Source of the DNA: a virus
Direction: 5' to 3' (one strand)
IMG/VR virus record: IMGVR_UViG_3300027972_000007
Location: 106,171 to 170,170 of that record
Length of the DNA stretch: 64,000 nucleotides
The translations under genes and the position numbers were made by a program. Shown here piece after piece: positions 29,120-39,000 of the stretch. How positions within the stretch are numbered: the first letter of the stretch is position 1; each line of letters starts with the position of its first letter. Below the pieces are notes generated by a model. The model saw only the letters and a program-made list of their open reading frames with translations, was not told where the DNA came from and made no database searches.

Positions 29120-29805
29120 TATACACCCCTTTCATTATCAAATAATAAACAGTGCAATCTACCAGAAATGTTCCAGCCATTATTTATGATTATTTTAAAA
29201 TGATCTCTTAATCTATCTAATATTTCGGCTCCCATTACTCCAACAGGTTGCATATATACTAATGCATCAGGAATAAAATATTTTTTTTGTAATTCTCTCA
29301 CATAATTAAAATCTTTATCGTCATAAAACAAAAATTTAACTATATAATTTAAACCTTGTTGATGACACTGTTGAATAAATATTGGATCTGTATTATGAAT
29401 TTTCTCTTGTTGAAAATTACCTTTCGGCGAAATATTAAATACCGTATTTCTATATGTCTTCAAATTTTTCAATGTTACTGAATCTATTATTTGAGTGCCG
29501 TTCGTTTCTATCTCATAAAATTTATTTAAATTTTCTACATAAGGAAACCACGAAAAAATTTCAAGTATTTTTTGGTAATTATTTTTAAGTAACGGCTCGC
29601 CGCCAGTAAATACTATATTAACTGAATCTTTTATTAACTTTTTCAATTTAACATCTGATATATCTTTAATATTTCCTTTTAATGCATAATTAGAATCACA
29701 ATTTTCACAAGACAAATTGCACGAAGGAAATCTAATAAATAATGAATTAGTGCCTTGATTGATTCCTTCTCCCTGAATTGATTTAAAACATTCTATTATT
29801 TTCAT
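29119..29805 (-). CDS. queE: 7-carboxy-7-deazaguanine synthase (radical SAM)
   Basis: FKSIQGEG, CNLSCENCDS, TGGEPL, IETNGT, SPK. Confidence 0.93.
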   Translation of the reverse strand: MKIIECFKSIQGEGINQGTNSLFIRFPSCNLSCENCDSNYALKGNIKDISDVKLKKLIKDSVNIVFTGGEPLLKNNYQKILEIFSWFPYVENLNKFYEIETNGTQIIDSVTLKNLKTYRNTVFNISPKGNFQQEKIHNTDPIFIQQCHQQGLNYIVKFLFYDDKDFNYVRELQKKYFIPDALVYMQPVGVMGAEILDRLRDHFKIIINNGWNISGRLHCLLFDNERGV

Positions 29806-30089
29806 TTTATTCTTATATCTTTTATTATTAAAGGTTTTTCTGGTAACGGTTGCCAATGCGTTGCTTTTTCTTCATACCAATTTCCATATTTTTTAAATTC
29901 ATTACGCTCACATGCATGATTACACGCATAATTTTTGAATATTTTTTTTCTAAAATCAAAAAGTGCTTCCCTCGGTTTATCTCCGCATTCTTCATCTTCT
30001 TTAGTATCGAAAATTAAAACTGGAACTCCATATTTCCCGGCATAAGGAGTTTTTCTATTTGGTAATATTTTTACGCTTATCCAACTCAT
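29802..30089 (-). CDS. DUF551-like phage protein
   Basis: WISVK.LP...THWQPLPEKP. Confidence 0.7.
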   Translation of the reverse strand: MSWISVKILPNRKTPYAGKYGVPVLIFDTKEDEECGDKPREALFDFRKKIFKNYACNHACERNEFKKYGNWYEEKATHWQPLPEKPLIIKDIRIK

Positions 30090-30095
30090 ATTATA

Positions 30096-30124
30096 AAAAT
30101 AATTGATTTAAATTTAAAAACAAG
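30096..30124 (-). promoter_or_regulatory. conserved phage promoter-like motif
   Basis: CTTGTTTTTAAATTTAAATCAATTATTTT. Confidence 0.65.
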
Positions 30125-30131
30125 ATTTATT

Positions 30132-30647
30132 TTAAAAATTATTCAATGCGTCGCAAATTTTTTTACATGAATCCGGTACACTCTTATCGTCTTTTAGATG
30201 CTCGCGACTTGCAGTATGAATATGATAACGTTCTACAGTATCGTATACATGCCAAGTTCTTCCGCCATCTTCATAATCAAAATGTTGAATTTCATATCTA
30301 TTTTTACATTTATTTGGGTTTAAAATATCGGGGCGATGACTTACAGAAAGAGATAATGAATCTAAATTTATACTCATTCGTGAATTTTGAGAACCACACC
30401 AGTGACATCTTCCATCTGCCTTTATTTGAATATCATGTAAATCATTTTTACAATTATCATTTTTATTTTTATTAATAATTTTCTTACGTTTTAATGCTCC
30501 TTGAGGAGCCTTCTCAAAATCTTCGTCTGTCATACACAATAAATCAGTCCAATGAAAATTAATATCTTCATAAATAAAGGATGATCCGTCAAATATCAAA
30601 CCCATTTCTTGAAGTTTTTTACTACGTTCTTTTGTTTTTTCATTCAT
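30132..30647 (-). CDS. hypothetical protein
   Basis: Operon-packed ORF. Confidence 0.5.
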   Translation of the reverse strand: MNEKTKERSKKLQEMGLIFDGSSFIYEDINFHWTDLLCMTDEDFEKAPQGALKRKKIINKNKNDNCKNDLHDIQIKADGRCHWCGSQNSRMSINLDSLSLSVSHRPDILNPNKCKNRYEIQHFDYEDGGRTWHVYDTVERYHIHTASREHLKDDKSVPDSCKKICDALNNF

Positions 30648-30648
30648 A

Positions 30649-31029
30649 TTATCCCCTTTTAACTGCTCTTTTAATACTCATAAATTTCTCTGCACTTACT
30701 GATTTTTCAGTACAGTAAACCTCCAAATAATCAAAAAATGGATCATTTTTTAATTTGTAATCTTTATATTTATCATAAAAACTACATAATTTCTGATAAT
30801 TATCTTTTGCTCCATTAACAAATTCTTTTATTATTTTTTTCTCACTATCGGAAATTACTCCGTCAGTGCTTGCTTTTTCTTTTTTTGTTATTTTTTTATT
30901 TTTATCAATAATTTTATCTATATTTTCTTGCAAATTATCATTAGTTTTAGTTTCTATATTATTTTCTTGTTTTTTTATAACTTTTACTTCTTCATCATTC
31001 ATTTTCATGAATTTTTCTAAATTTTTCAA
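30649..31029 (-). CDS. hypothetical protein
   Basis: Operon-packed ORF. Confidence 0.5.
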   Translation of the reverse strand: MKNLEKFMKMNDEEVKVIKKQENNIETKTNDNLQENIDKIIDKNKKITKKEKASTDGVISDSEKKIIKEFVNGAKDNYQKLCSFYDKYKDYKLKNDPFFDYLEVYCTEKSVSAEKFMSIKRAVKRG

Positions 31030-31334
31030 ATTTTACTCCCGTTCATTTTACCAAAAAATGTTATAATACTTCTATAATCTTCTGGAATATTTAATAAACA
31101 TTGTAATTTATTTCTTTCCCACAATAAATCAAAACTTCCATTTGGGCCCGGCAATATTTTTGGAGTATATAATATATTTCCTAAATTAACAAATAATTTT
31201 AAAAATGATTCCACTCTATCTAAAGTTTCTTTTTTATATTCTTTAGATCCTTCTCCATCCCAATTATCTTTATATTCTAAATATTTTTCTGCTTCTTTTA
31301 TTATTTTTTCTATATCGCTCAATAAAATTCCCAT
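31026..31334 (-). CDS. hypothetical protein
   Basis: AGGAG RBS; DNWDGEGS motif. Confidence 0.55.
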   Translation of the reverse strand: MGILLSDIEKIIKEAEKYLEYKDNWDGEGSKEYKKETLDRVESFLKLFVNLGNILYTPKILPGPNGSFDLLWERNKLQCLLNIPEDYRSIITFFGKMNGSKI

Positions 31335-31357
31335 ATTATTTTACTCCTATCTATATA

Positions 31358-32344
31358 TTAATAATTTTTTATTAATATTTTATCGCCTTTTTTTAATTTT
31401 TCGACTTTTTTCTTACCTTTTGGTGTAAAAATATTATGATTTTTTGTAATTCCTTCATGAAAACAAATATTTCCAAAATTATCTTCAATCGTATATAACT
31501 TTTTTGTATTTTTAATCACATTTTTAAATATTTTAGTTACTTTTTTATTTTCTATTTGTTTTGTCTTAAAATTATATGATTGAACTATATCACCCAATTT
31601 GACATTCTTTATTTTTTTAATGGTATCATCGCCCATTCTAACTGAAGAATCAGGATGAAAACACTCATCAATCAATAATCCTGCAAATCTTTGAAAAAAT
31701 CCAGATTCTTTATTTTGCAGAGTTTGCCATGTACAAATTAAAACTGGTTTTCGTTCGTCGTACTCTTGTCCACTAAATAGAGTACAGACATATTTATCTG
31801 CATCAACCCATCCATAATCTTTAAAGTCTGATAACATTTGAAGCGTAAGATTGGTAGTAGGAACTACCAATAAAACTTGTTTTTGCAATAATAAAAGGTA
31901 TCTAATTAAAACAAAAAGAACTAGACTTTTACCTGAACCCGTAGCACTTACTACCACCCCACGTTTATTCTTTACGGCTATTTTAAATGATTCATCCTGG
32001 TAATCTCTTAACTTAAATTTACTATCTGCAAATAATCTTCGTAAAAATTCATCTAATGTTGAAATCGATATATCATTTCTTATTTCATTAATATCAAATT
32101 TGGTTTCATATTGATATTCATTTTTAATACAAAATCTTTGAAATTCTTTATAAAATCCTATCGGCAACAAAGAATTTTTCATGTCATAAAACGATACTTT
32201 TCCATCCCATTTTTTCATTTTAACAAGAGGATTGAACCACCTATTTTCAATATAGCAAGAAAAATAATCCTTAATTTCTCTTTCTATATCATTATCAGTA
32301 TCCAATTTTAGAAAAATTTCATTATATTTGTATATGTTTATCAA
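31358..32344 (-). CDS. uvsW: UvsW helicase N-terminal part (227 aa) fused to the N-fragment of a split intein (101 aa)
   Basis: WDGK, LRDYQ, SATGSGKS, VVPT, LLIDE, then CFHPDSSV...ITKNH...LKKGDKI and stop. Confidence 0.9.
   Translation of the reverse strand: MINIYKYNEIFLKLDTDNDIEREIKDYFSCYIENRWFNPLVKMKKWDGKVSFYDMKNSLLPIGFYKEFQRFCIKNEYQYETKFDINEIRNDISISTLDEFLRRLFADSKFKLRDYQDESFKIAVKNKRGVVVSATGSGKSLVLFVLIRYLLLLQKQVLLVVPTTNLTLQMLSDFKDYGWVDADKYVCTLFSGQEYDERKPVLICTWQTLQNKESGFFQRFAGLLIDECFHPDSSVRMGDDTIKKIKNVKLGDIVQSYNFKTKQIENKKVTKIFKNVIKNTKKLYTIEDNFGNICFHEGITKNHNIFTPKGKKKVEKLKKGDKILIKNY
31361..31663 (-). other. split intein N-fragment (IntN)
   Basis: Block A Cys1 (CFHPDSSV), block B TxxH (TKNH), no endonuclease domain. 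Confidence 0.9.
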
Positions 32345-32755
32345 CTATATACCACCTTCAAGAAATTTACGATAATCAACATAATTTTTAATAGAAAATC
32401 CCATACTTTTCACTGCATCTAATACTTTTTCTAAATATTTGACAATCACCTCCTGGTCGTTAAAGTTCTTCATTAAAGAACACCACTTATCGTCTTTAAA
32501 TATATATGGTTCTATATCTGTTCTCTTATCTAATTTAAATTGATATTCATGTTTATAATAATGGTAAAGTTGGCCATATACCTTTTCTTTTTCTAAAGAC
32601 ATATTCCGAAATATTTTCAATTGTTCGGAAAAGATTTGACTATAATAAGAGTATAATTTTGGAACTATTAATGATTTATTTAAAACATTATTTTTATCTA
32701 TATTAACATCATCATTAACTTTTTCTTGTAATATTCGAAATTCTTTTTCATCCAT
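32345..32755 (-). CDS. uvsY: recombination mediator UvsY
   Basis: LYHYY...YLEKVLDAVKSMGFSIKNYVDYRKFLEG; next to uvsW as in T4-like phages. Confidence 0.8.
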   Translation of the reverse strand: MDEKEFRILQEKVNDDVNIDKNNVLNKSLIVPKLYSYYSQIFSEQLKIFRNMSLEKEKVYGQLYHYYKHEYQFKLDKRTDIEPYIFKDDKWCSLMKNFNDQEVIVKYLEKVLDAVKSMGFSIKNYVDYRKFLEGGI

Positions 32756-32759
32756 AATA

Positions 32760-33365
32760 CTATTACCTTTATTTTTTATTAAAGAATATTCTGAAGATTT
32801 TGGTTAATACTAATATAACTTATTTGCAGAAAAAAGTCAAGATAAAAATTAATTAAAAATTAATTATTGCTTGAGCGTAGCGAAAGCAATAATTAATTTT
32901 ACTTCGTAGTGTAGCGTAGAAGTTATAAATATACAATTTTGCAAATAAAATATTTAAATTTATAGTGAAAACAATAGATTTAGCAAAAATGAAAATAGTA
33001 TCCCCTTTTAAAATATATATAAATATATTAACTAAAATTTTGTAACTTCAAACTTTTATTTTGCAACAATAAACTTTTATCAAGTCTTTAAGTTAAATTG
33101 CTTTCGCTATGCTCAAGCAATTTATTTTTGTAAACAAAAATTATACCTTTCTATTTATTTTTGCAAGCAAAAGTTTATTCTATATTCTATATTCTTTATT
33201 CTGCATATTGTTTATACTCCTTATTCTGCAAATTATCTATATTCTTTATTTTGCTAACAACAAAAATAATTTTAATGTTTATTATAATACTTGTCTAATA
33301 CCGTTATAAGATTTTTATAATGGTTAAAATTCTTACAATAAAGTAAAAATTTTAAAATTAAATTT
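32760..33365. other. putative replication origin region
   Basis: ~600 bp non-coding and very AT-rich; hairpin at 32856-32900 with an inverted copy of its core at 33095-33123; TATATTCTTTATT repeats; near the strand switch. Confidence 0.45.
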
Positions 33366-33366
33366 T

Positions 33367-34317
33367 TTATAATTTAATTTTTTTAGCTAAAGTATTAAGA
33401 TAAGAGTTTTCAGTTAATTTTGGAAAAATATGTTTTTTACGCCAATCTGATGCATATTCAACATGTCTAGTTCCAAGACTAATTTGTTTATTTTTTTTAT
33501 CTTGTAGAAGACTATGTTCATGTTCTAAATTGGCCATTTTTTCCCAATAATTTATTAAAAATTTCTTATCATTATCGTCATAAAAATAATTACAATCATT
33601 ATATATTAATTTATTTAAAATATGTTCATTTAATTTGCTTGTAGTCGCATAATAATTTTTATAATAATAGTTTCCAGTACATATATTTAATTCATATTCT
33701 GTGTATTTTTTAAATGGTAATTCATCACTTTTAAAATAATTTTTACATTTTTGTCCAATAAAATATTTTGATATATTAGTGCAATCATTATATGATAGAT
33801 TTAAATCATTTCGTAATTCATATTTTGTTACCGGTGTATTATAGTATAATCTTGCTATTAATTCAGTAAATATAAAGTCTCTAAAATTTTTGTATTTTAA
33901 TTTTTTAAATTCATTAAATGTATGATTTTCATAAAGATATAGTTTTGAGTCATAAAAATTAAATATGTTACGATAACCAATTTTAATATTATAGTTTTTA
34001 GTTAGATCAAATATTGTTTTTGTTTGTGATTTTAATTGATATTCAAATTTGTTTTTTTCGATAAAATTAAATTTTGATAATAATTTTAAGTGTGATATAG
34101 TAGTTGGTGTTGAATGTTGATAATTAAATTTTTGTTGTTGAAATATTTTGATTTTTTTTGGATCGATGTTATTTTTTAAAAATATGCACGGTATATACGT
34201 ATCTAATATAGTATTTGGTAGATTTAGTTTATTGAACAATATAGGGAGATTAAAGAGTAATGGCTCTTTATCTTCATCTATTTGCTCTTTATAGTAAAAT
34301 TTATATTTTTCTGTCAT
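33367..34317 (-). CDS. hypothetical protein, possibly origin-binding
   Basis: Isolated 316-aa ORF flanked by long non-coding AT-rich DNA; HTH-like TKYELRNDLNLS. Confidence 0.45.
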   Translation of the reverse strand: MTEKYKFYYKEQIDEDKEPLLFNLPILFNKLNLPNTILDTYIPCIFLKNNIDPKKIKIFQQQKFNYQHSTPTTISHLKLLSKFNFIEKNKFEYQLKSQTKTIFDLTKNYNIKIGYRNIFNFYDSKLYLYENHTFNEFKKLKYKNFRDFIFTELIARLYYNTPVTKYELRNDLNLSYNDCTNISKYFIGQKCKNYFKSDELPFKKYTEYELNICTGNYYYKNYYATTSKLNEHILNKLIYNDCNYFYDDNDKKFLINYWEKMANLEHEHSLLQDKKNKQISLGTRHVEYASDWRKKHIFPKLTENSYLNTLAKKIKL

Positions 34318-34590
34318 TCGAAATTTCTTTTATAAATAGTTTTGAGGGACAGCCAACTTTACTGTCATTCAGTTGGTTTTTTGAACAAGTCGACATTCAG
34401 AATTACCTCACTTTTTAATTATTTATAACCGACGTTTTTAATTATTTATAATAACAATTTTTTTTTATCATTAAAATTTACTTTACATGTAATAATTTTC
34501 ATTATAATTTATTGATTTATATAGCGAAAATATTTTTTAAAAATAGTAAAAATATCTTAAATTCATACTAAAAATTAAATTTTACTTTTT

Positions 34591-34619
34591 AAAATAATTG
34601 ATTTAATTTTAAAAACAAG
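34591..34619 (-). promoter_or_regulatory. conserved phage promoter-like motif (leftward)
   Basis: CTTGTTTTTAAAATTAAATCAATTATTTT. Confidence 0.65.
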
Positions 34620-34938
34620 ATTTATTTTAAATTTATTATTTTTTGTTCTTTTCGTCTAATTTAATCTTCCACAATCTATGTGAGCATTTGGAAGGTTCTA
34701 TATATTCATCTTGTTTTTTATCTAATTTTGCTAATTCACACTCACCCAATTCATTTCTTGGGCAATTATCAATTTCACATTTTGAATTAGTAGTCATAAA
34801 AAATCCTTTTTATTTAATAAAATAATAGATTTAATCAATACTATTTTAATTATTTATAATTTCTATGAAAACAGGAAAATAATTTTATATAATAGTAATA
34901 ATGAGCATATATTATAATATAATAAAGTTTTAATTTTT

Positions 34939-34967
34939 CTTGTTTTTAAAATTAAATCAATTATTTT
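34939..34967 (+). promoter_or_regulatory. conserved phage promoter-like motif (rightward)
   Basis: Identical motif in the opposite orientation, upstream of the right-arm operon. Confidence 0.7.
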
Positions 34968-34991
34968 TTAATTATAAGAAAAGGAAAATAT

Positions 34992-35438
34992 ATGAAAAAT
35001 TATGCTGAACTTCATGATACTTTTTTGAAAAAAGTTAAAGAAAATTTGCCTGAATTAGAAGAAACTTTAAAAAGAGTAAGCGATCACTGGCATTATGAAG
35101 ATTTGATATATAGATTTTATCATTATTCATTTAAGGTTTTTTATATTCAATCAGAGACAGAAAAAATGTTAGAAGTATTAAAGAAGTTAAAACCTAACGA
35201 AAAATGTGAATTTAATGATTTTTTTAAACAGATAGTGATAGAGGGAGTGTGCAAACGTTTTAATTCAGATACAACTAATAAACATTGGTTAAAAGAAACG
35301 AAACCAATGTTAGAAGCATTTTTTCATTGCAAATATTTTATTGAAATGGCTGTTAAATATGGAAAAGAATTAGAAAAAGCGCCTGAATGCATGCCGTCTG
35401 GATGGGCTGGGTTGTTATATTTGTATAATTTGAGGTAA
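34992..35438 (+). CDS. hypothetical protein
   Basis: AAGGA RBS; YEDLIYRFYHYSFKVF...SGWAGLLYLYNLR. Confidence 0.6.
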   Translation: MKNYAELHDTFLKKVKENLPELEETLKRVSDHWHYEDLIYRFYHYSFKVFYIQSETEKMLEVLKKLKPNEKCEFNDFFKQIVIEGVCKRFNSDTTNKHWLKETKPMLEAFFHCKYFIEMAVKYGKELEKAPECMPSGWAGLLYLYNLR

Positions 35439-35440
35439 AC

Positions 35441-35977
35441 ATGAAAATAGAAAGTTTTGGAAATACTGCAAGAAAGAGTGATATTGTTTTAACGCCAGAA
35501 TTAATAGCGAAGGATATAATAGAATATTTTAAACCTTCAGGTATTATTTTAGACCCATGTCGAGGTATTAATGCAGTTTTTCATAAATATATGCCTATAG
35601 GTTCTCCATTTTGTGAAATTCAAGAAGGTATTAATTTTTTTGAATATAATAAATATGTTGATTGGATTATAGGTAATCCACCATATTCGATTTTTAGAGA
35701 ATGGATTACTCATAGTTTTAGTATTTCTAATAATATTGTTTATTTGCTGCCGATTCAATTAGTTTATAATCCGTTACTATTATTACGCGAAATATTTGAA
35801 TATGGCGGTATACCTCATATTAGATGGTATGATGTCGGATCGTATATTTTTTGGAGCCGTTCAAGAATTATAGTAGCAGTTTATTTTAAGAAAAATTATA
35901 AAGGTCCTACTTCGTGGAGTATAGTAAAAAATATATCACAAGATACAAAAATTAAATCATTTATTGAGATGGAATAA
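35441..35977 (+). CDS. N6-adenine DNA methyltransferase-like
   Basis: TP..IA, ILDPCRG, WIIGNPPYS. Confidence 0.7.
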   Translation: MKIESFGNTARKSDIVLTPELIAKDIIEYFKPSGIILDPCRGINAVFHKYMPIGSPFCEIQEGINFFEYNKYVDWIIGNPPYSIFREWITHSFSISNNIVYLLPIQLVYNPLLLLREIFEYGGIPHIRWYDVGSYIFWSRSRIIVAVYFKKNYKGPTSWSIVKNISQDTKIKSFIEME

Positions 35978-35979
35978 AT

Positions 35980-36213
35980 ATGGAAGAAATGAAAGATAAC
36001 TTTTTGGAATTTAGAAAAAATATTGATAATGTTATCACTTATTTAACTAATTTAAGGAATGAAATTAATAAAAATAACGCCAATTTAGTAGAAATATTTA
36101 TTTCAGAAAAACAAGAATCGGAACCGTTTTATAATTCGTATAATACAGTAACTGAATTTGAACCAATATGGAAAGAAAAAGAAATATTAATACGGGACTT
36201 TAGACGGGCATAA
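35980..36213 (+). CDS. hypothetical protein
   Basis: Operon-packed ORF. Confidence 0.45.
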   Translation: MEEMKDNFLEFRKNIDNVITYLTNLRNEINKNNANLVEIFISEKQESEPFYNSYNTVTEFEPIWKEKEILIRDFRRA

Positions 36214-36224
36214 GGATTTCAAAT

Positions 36225-38387
36225 ATGTACATTCATTTCGAGTATATTTCATTTAAAAATTTTCTAAGTTATCCTGCAACTGAAACTAAATTCGAATTTA
36301 AAAAAGGATTTAGTTTACTGACTGCAAAAAATGGCGAAGGAAAATCATCAGTTATTGACGCTTTATCATATAATCTTTTTGGCGAGCCATACAGAAAAAT
36401 TAAATTAGAAGAGCTTATTAATAGAACAAACCGTAAATGTCTTTATACTGAATCGCAATTTAGAATTAATAAAGATGTATATAAAATTATTCGAATGATG
36501 AAACCCGATAAATTAATTATAAAGAAGAACGATACTGAATTGGATATGTTATCGTCAAAGAAATTAATGCAGGAAGAAATTGATAAAATTCTTGGCATAG
36601 ATTATAAAATGTTTAAAAATGTTATTTCACTTGCTATTAACTATAATAAGCCGTTCTTAGAATTATCAAAGCAGGAAAAGAGAGAGATTATTGAATTGAT
36701 TTTTAATGTAGATATTTTTGGCGAAATGTTAAAAGTATTAAAAAAGAAAATATCAATACTTTCTACTGATGTTGAAATAGATAAAAATACAGTAAAAATA
36801 AAAGAAGATAATATAGTAGAAGAGAAGAAAAGAATTGGAAATTTGAAGAAAAGTAAAGAAAATTTTGAAAAGAAGAAGAAAGAAGAAATTGTTGATATTG
36901 AAGATGATATTGATAGAAAAATAGTAAGTATAGAAAAAACAAAACAAAAAATCGAAGAATTAAAAACATTATTAAAAAATATTAATGAATTGAATGAAAC
37001 AACTATTAAAGAATATGAACAAAAAATAATTGAAGAAACGAAAAAAATTGAAGATCAAACTAAAAAAGTAGAAGAAAATATAAGTAATGAAATTGTTGAA
37101 TATAATAAAAAAATAGAAAGTGTTAAAAGGGAAATACTTAATTTAGAAAATGAATTAACAGAAAAAATAGAAAAATTAAAAGAGAATTTAATTGAGTATG
37201 AAAAGGTAGACATTAACAAAGAATCAGAAATTTTAAAACAAATAAAAGTTAAGGAAAATGAAAGTTATTCATTAGAAAAAGACAAAATTAGAATAGGAAA
37301 GAAAGTAGATTTTTTTAAGAATAATGATATTTGTCCGGAATGTGAAGAAAAAATAAGTGAAGAAAAAAGGAATATTAAAATAGAAGAAAAAAATACTCAA
37401 ATAAAAGATATTTTGGAGAATATAAAAAATATTGGGGCAGAAGTCGATATATTAGAAAATAAGATAAAAATTATTAATGAAAAGAAGGTTTTAGAAAGTA
37501 ATGTGAAATTTGAAGAAACAAAAAAGAAAAATGATATTGAAAAATATGATAAATTAATAAAAGAATATAGTGATAAGATATTATTTTTAAACCAATCATT
37601 AGAGAATAAAATTCAAAATATAAAATTATCTTCTAAAGTAAAAGATTATGGGCACGAAATTGATAAATTAAAACAAAACGTAAAGAAAAAAGAAGTCGAT
37701 TCTCAAATACAATTAGAAGAGAAAAATATTGAAAATAATTTATTGAATATTGAAAGTTTAAAAGTTAAAAAAGTTAATGAAGAAAAAAGAGAATTTGATG
37801 TTAATATTGTTGAAATAGAAAAAGAATTTGAAATTAAATGTGATGAATACAAAAATTTATATACTAAATATAAGAGTAATTCTGATCATTTAGATAACTG
37901 CAATATAGCAAAAGAATTATTGTCAGAAAAAGGAATTAAGGCATATTTCTTTAAGAAATTAATACCAATCCTTAATCATAAAGTTAATGGTTATTTAGGT
38001 AAATTTGATTTACCAGTATGTATAGTTTTTTCGGAAGAGATGGAAGAAAAAATTTCTACTTTAGACGGAAGAGAATCGAGTATTAATTATTTTAGTTTTT
38101 CTGCAGGAGAAAGAAAGAGAATAGATTTAAGTATATTATTTAGTTTTATCGATACTATGAAATTAATATCTAATTGGCAGTGTAATATTTATTTTCTCGA
38201 CGAAGTGTTAGATTCAGGTATTGATTCAGATGGGTTAGAAAGTCTTATAAATAATTTAAAGGAGATGTCAGTCAATTCAAAAGATATTGCTATTTATTTA
38301 ATTAGCCATAAACTGCAAGATGATTCAATTTTTGACAATGTAATTAAGGTAGAAAAAGAATTAGGATTTTCAAAAATAATTTTTTAA
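36225..38387 (+). CDS. recombination ATPase subunit (T4 gp46/SbcC/Rad50-like)
   Basis: FKNFLSY, NGEGKS, CPEC zinc hook, FSAGERKRIDL, LDEVLDS, ISH. Confidence 0.95.
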   Translation: MYIHFEYISFKNFLSYPATETKFEFKKGFSLLTAKNGEGKSSVIDALSYNLFGEPYRKIKLEELINRTNRKCLYTESQFRINKDVYKIIRMMKPDKLIIKKNDTELDMLSSKKLMQEEIDKILGIDYKMFKNVISLAINYNKPFLELSKQEKREIIELIFNVDIFGEMLKVLKKKISILSTDVEIDKNTVKIKEDNIVEEKKRIGNLKKSKENFEKKKKEEIVDIEDDIDRKIVSIEKTKQKIEELKTLLKNINELNETTIKEYEQKIIEETKKIEDQTKKVEENISNEIVEYNKKIESVKREILNLENELTEKIEKLKENLIEYEKVDINKESEILKQIKVKENESYSLEKDKIRIGKKVDFFKNNDICPECEEKISEEKRNIKIEEKNTQIKDILENIKNIGAEVDILENKIKIINEKKVLESNVKFEETKKKNDIEKYDKLIKEYSDKILFLNQSLENKIQNIKLSSKVKDYGHEIDKLKQNVKKKEVDSQIQLEEKNIENNLLNIESLKVKKVNEEKREFDVNIVEIEKEFEIKCDEYKNLYTKYKSNSDHLDNCNIAKELLSEKGIKAYFFKKLIPILNHKVNGYLGKFDLPVCIVFSEEMEEKISTLDGRESSINYFSFSAGERKRIDLSILFSFIDTMKLISNWQCNIYFLDEVLDSGIDSDGLESLINNLKEMSVNSKDIAIYLISHKLQDDSIFDNVIKVEKELGFSKIIF

Positions 38388-38394
38388 AGGAATT

Positions 38395-38994
38395 ATGATG
38401 TTTAGAAATATTGTTAGAAGAATAGAAAGATTATTTCAGAGAATATTTAGAGGATGGGATGATAGTGATTTGTGGAGTATCGATTATTCATTTTCTAAAT
38501 GGTTTTTGAAACTATATAATAAAGATTTTAAATTTAGATTTATATTTGTGGAATCATTTAAAGCATTCAATTTAGTATTAAATGAAAGTTATTTAGATTA
38601 TATAGGAATAGATGATTATAAAAGATTATTAGAAGAAAGAGAAAAAGAAATTGATAAAGGGATTAATGAATTAGTAACAAACTATTTTCTTTGGCAAGAA
38701 TATGGTATAGTTGATTGGTTATTACCGAGGTTGAAAAGATTTAGAGAAATGACTAATGGATATCCGACAATAATACCTATAAGTATGAGGTATAAAGATT
38801 TAAAATTAGACGATAAAAAAGAACAAGAATTGACTGAAATGGGATTTAAACAATGGAAACAAATATTAGATAAAATGATTTTAGCATTAGAATTATTAAA
38901 TGAAGAGTTTTATTATTGCGATCCAGTAAAATTAAGAAATGTTAGAAAAGGATTGCAATATTTTAGAAAATATTTTAGAGCATTATGTGATTGA
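38395..38994 (+). CDS. hypothetical phage protein
   Basis: RGWDDSDLWSID, LPRLKRFRE, WKQILDKM. Confidence 0.55.
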   Translation: MMFRNIVRRIERLFQRIFRGWDDSDLWSIDYSFSKWFLKLYNKDFKFRFIFVESFKAFNLVLNESYLDYIGIDDYKRLLEEREKEIDKGINELVTNYFLWQEYGIVDWLLPRLKRFREMTNGYPTIIPISMRYKDLKLDDKKEQELTEMGFKQWKQILDKMILALELLNEEFYYCDPVKLRNVRKGLQYFRKYFRALCD

Positions 38995-39000
38995 GGTATT

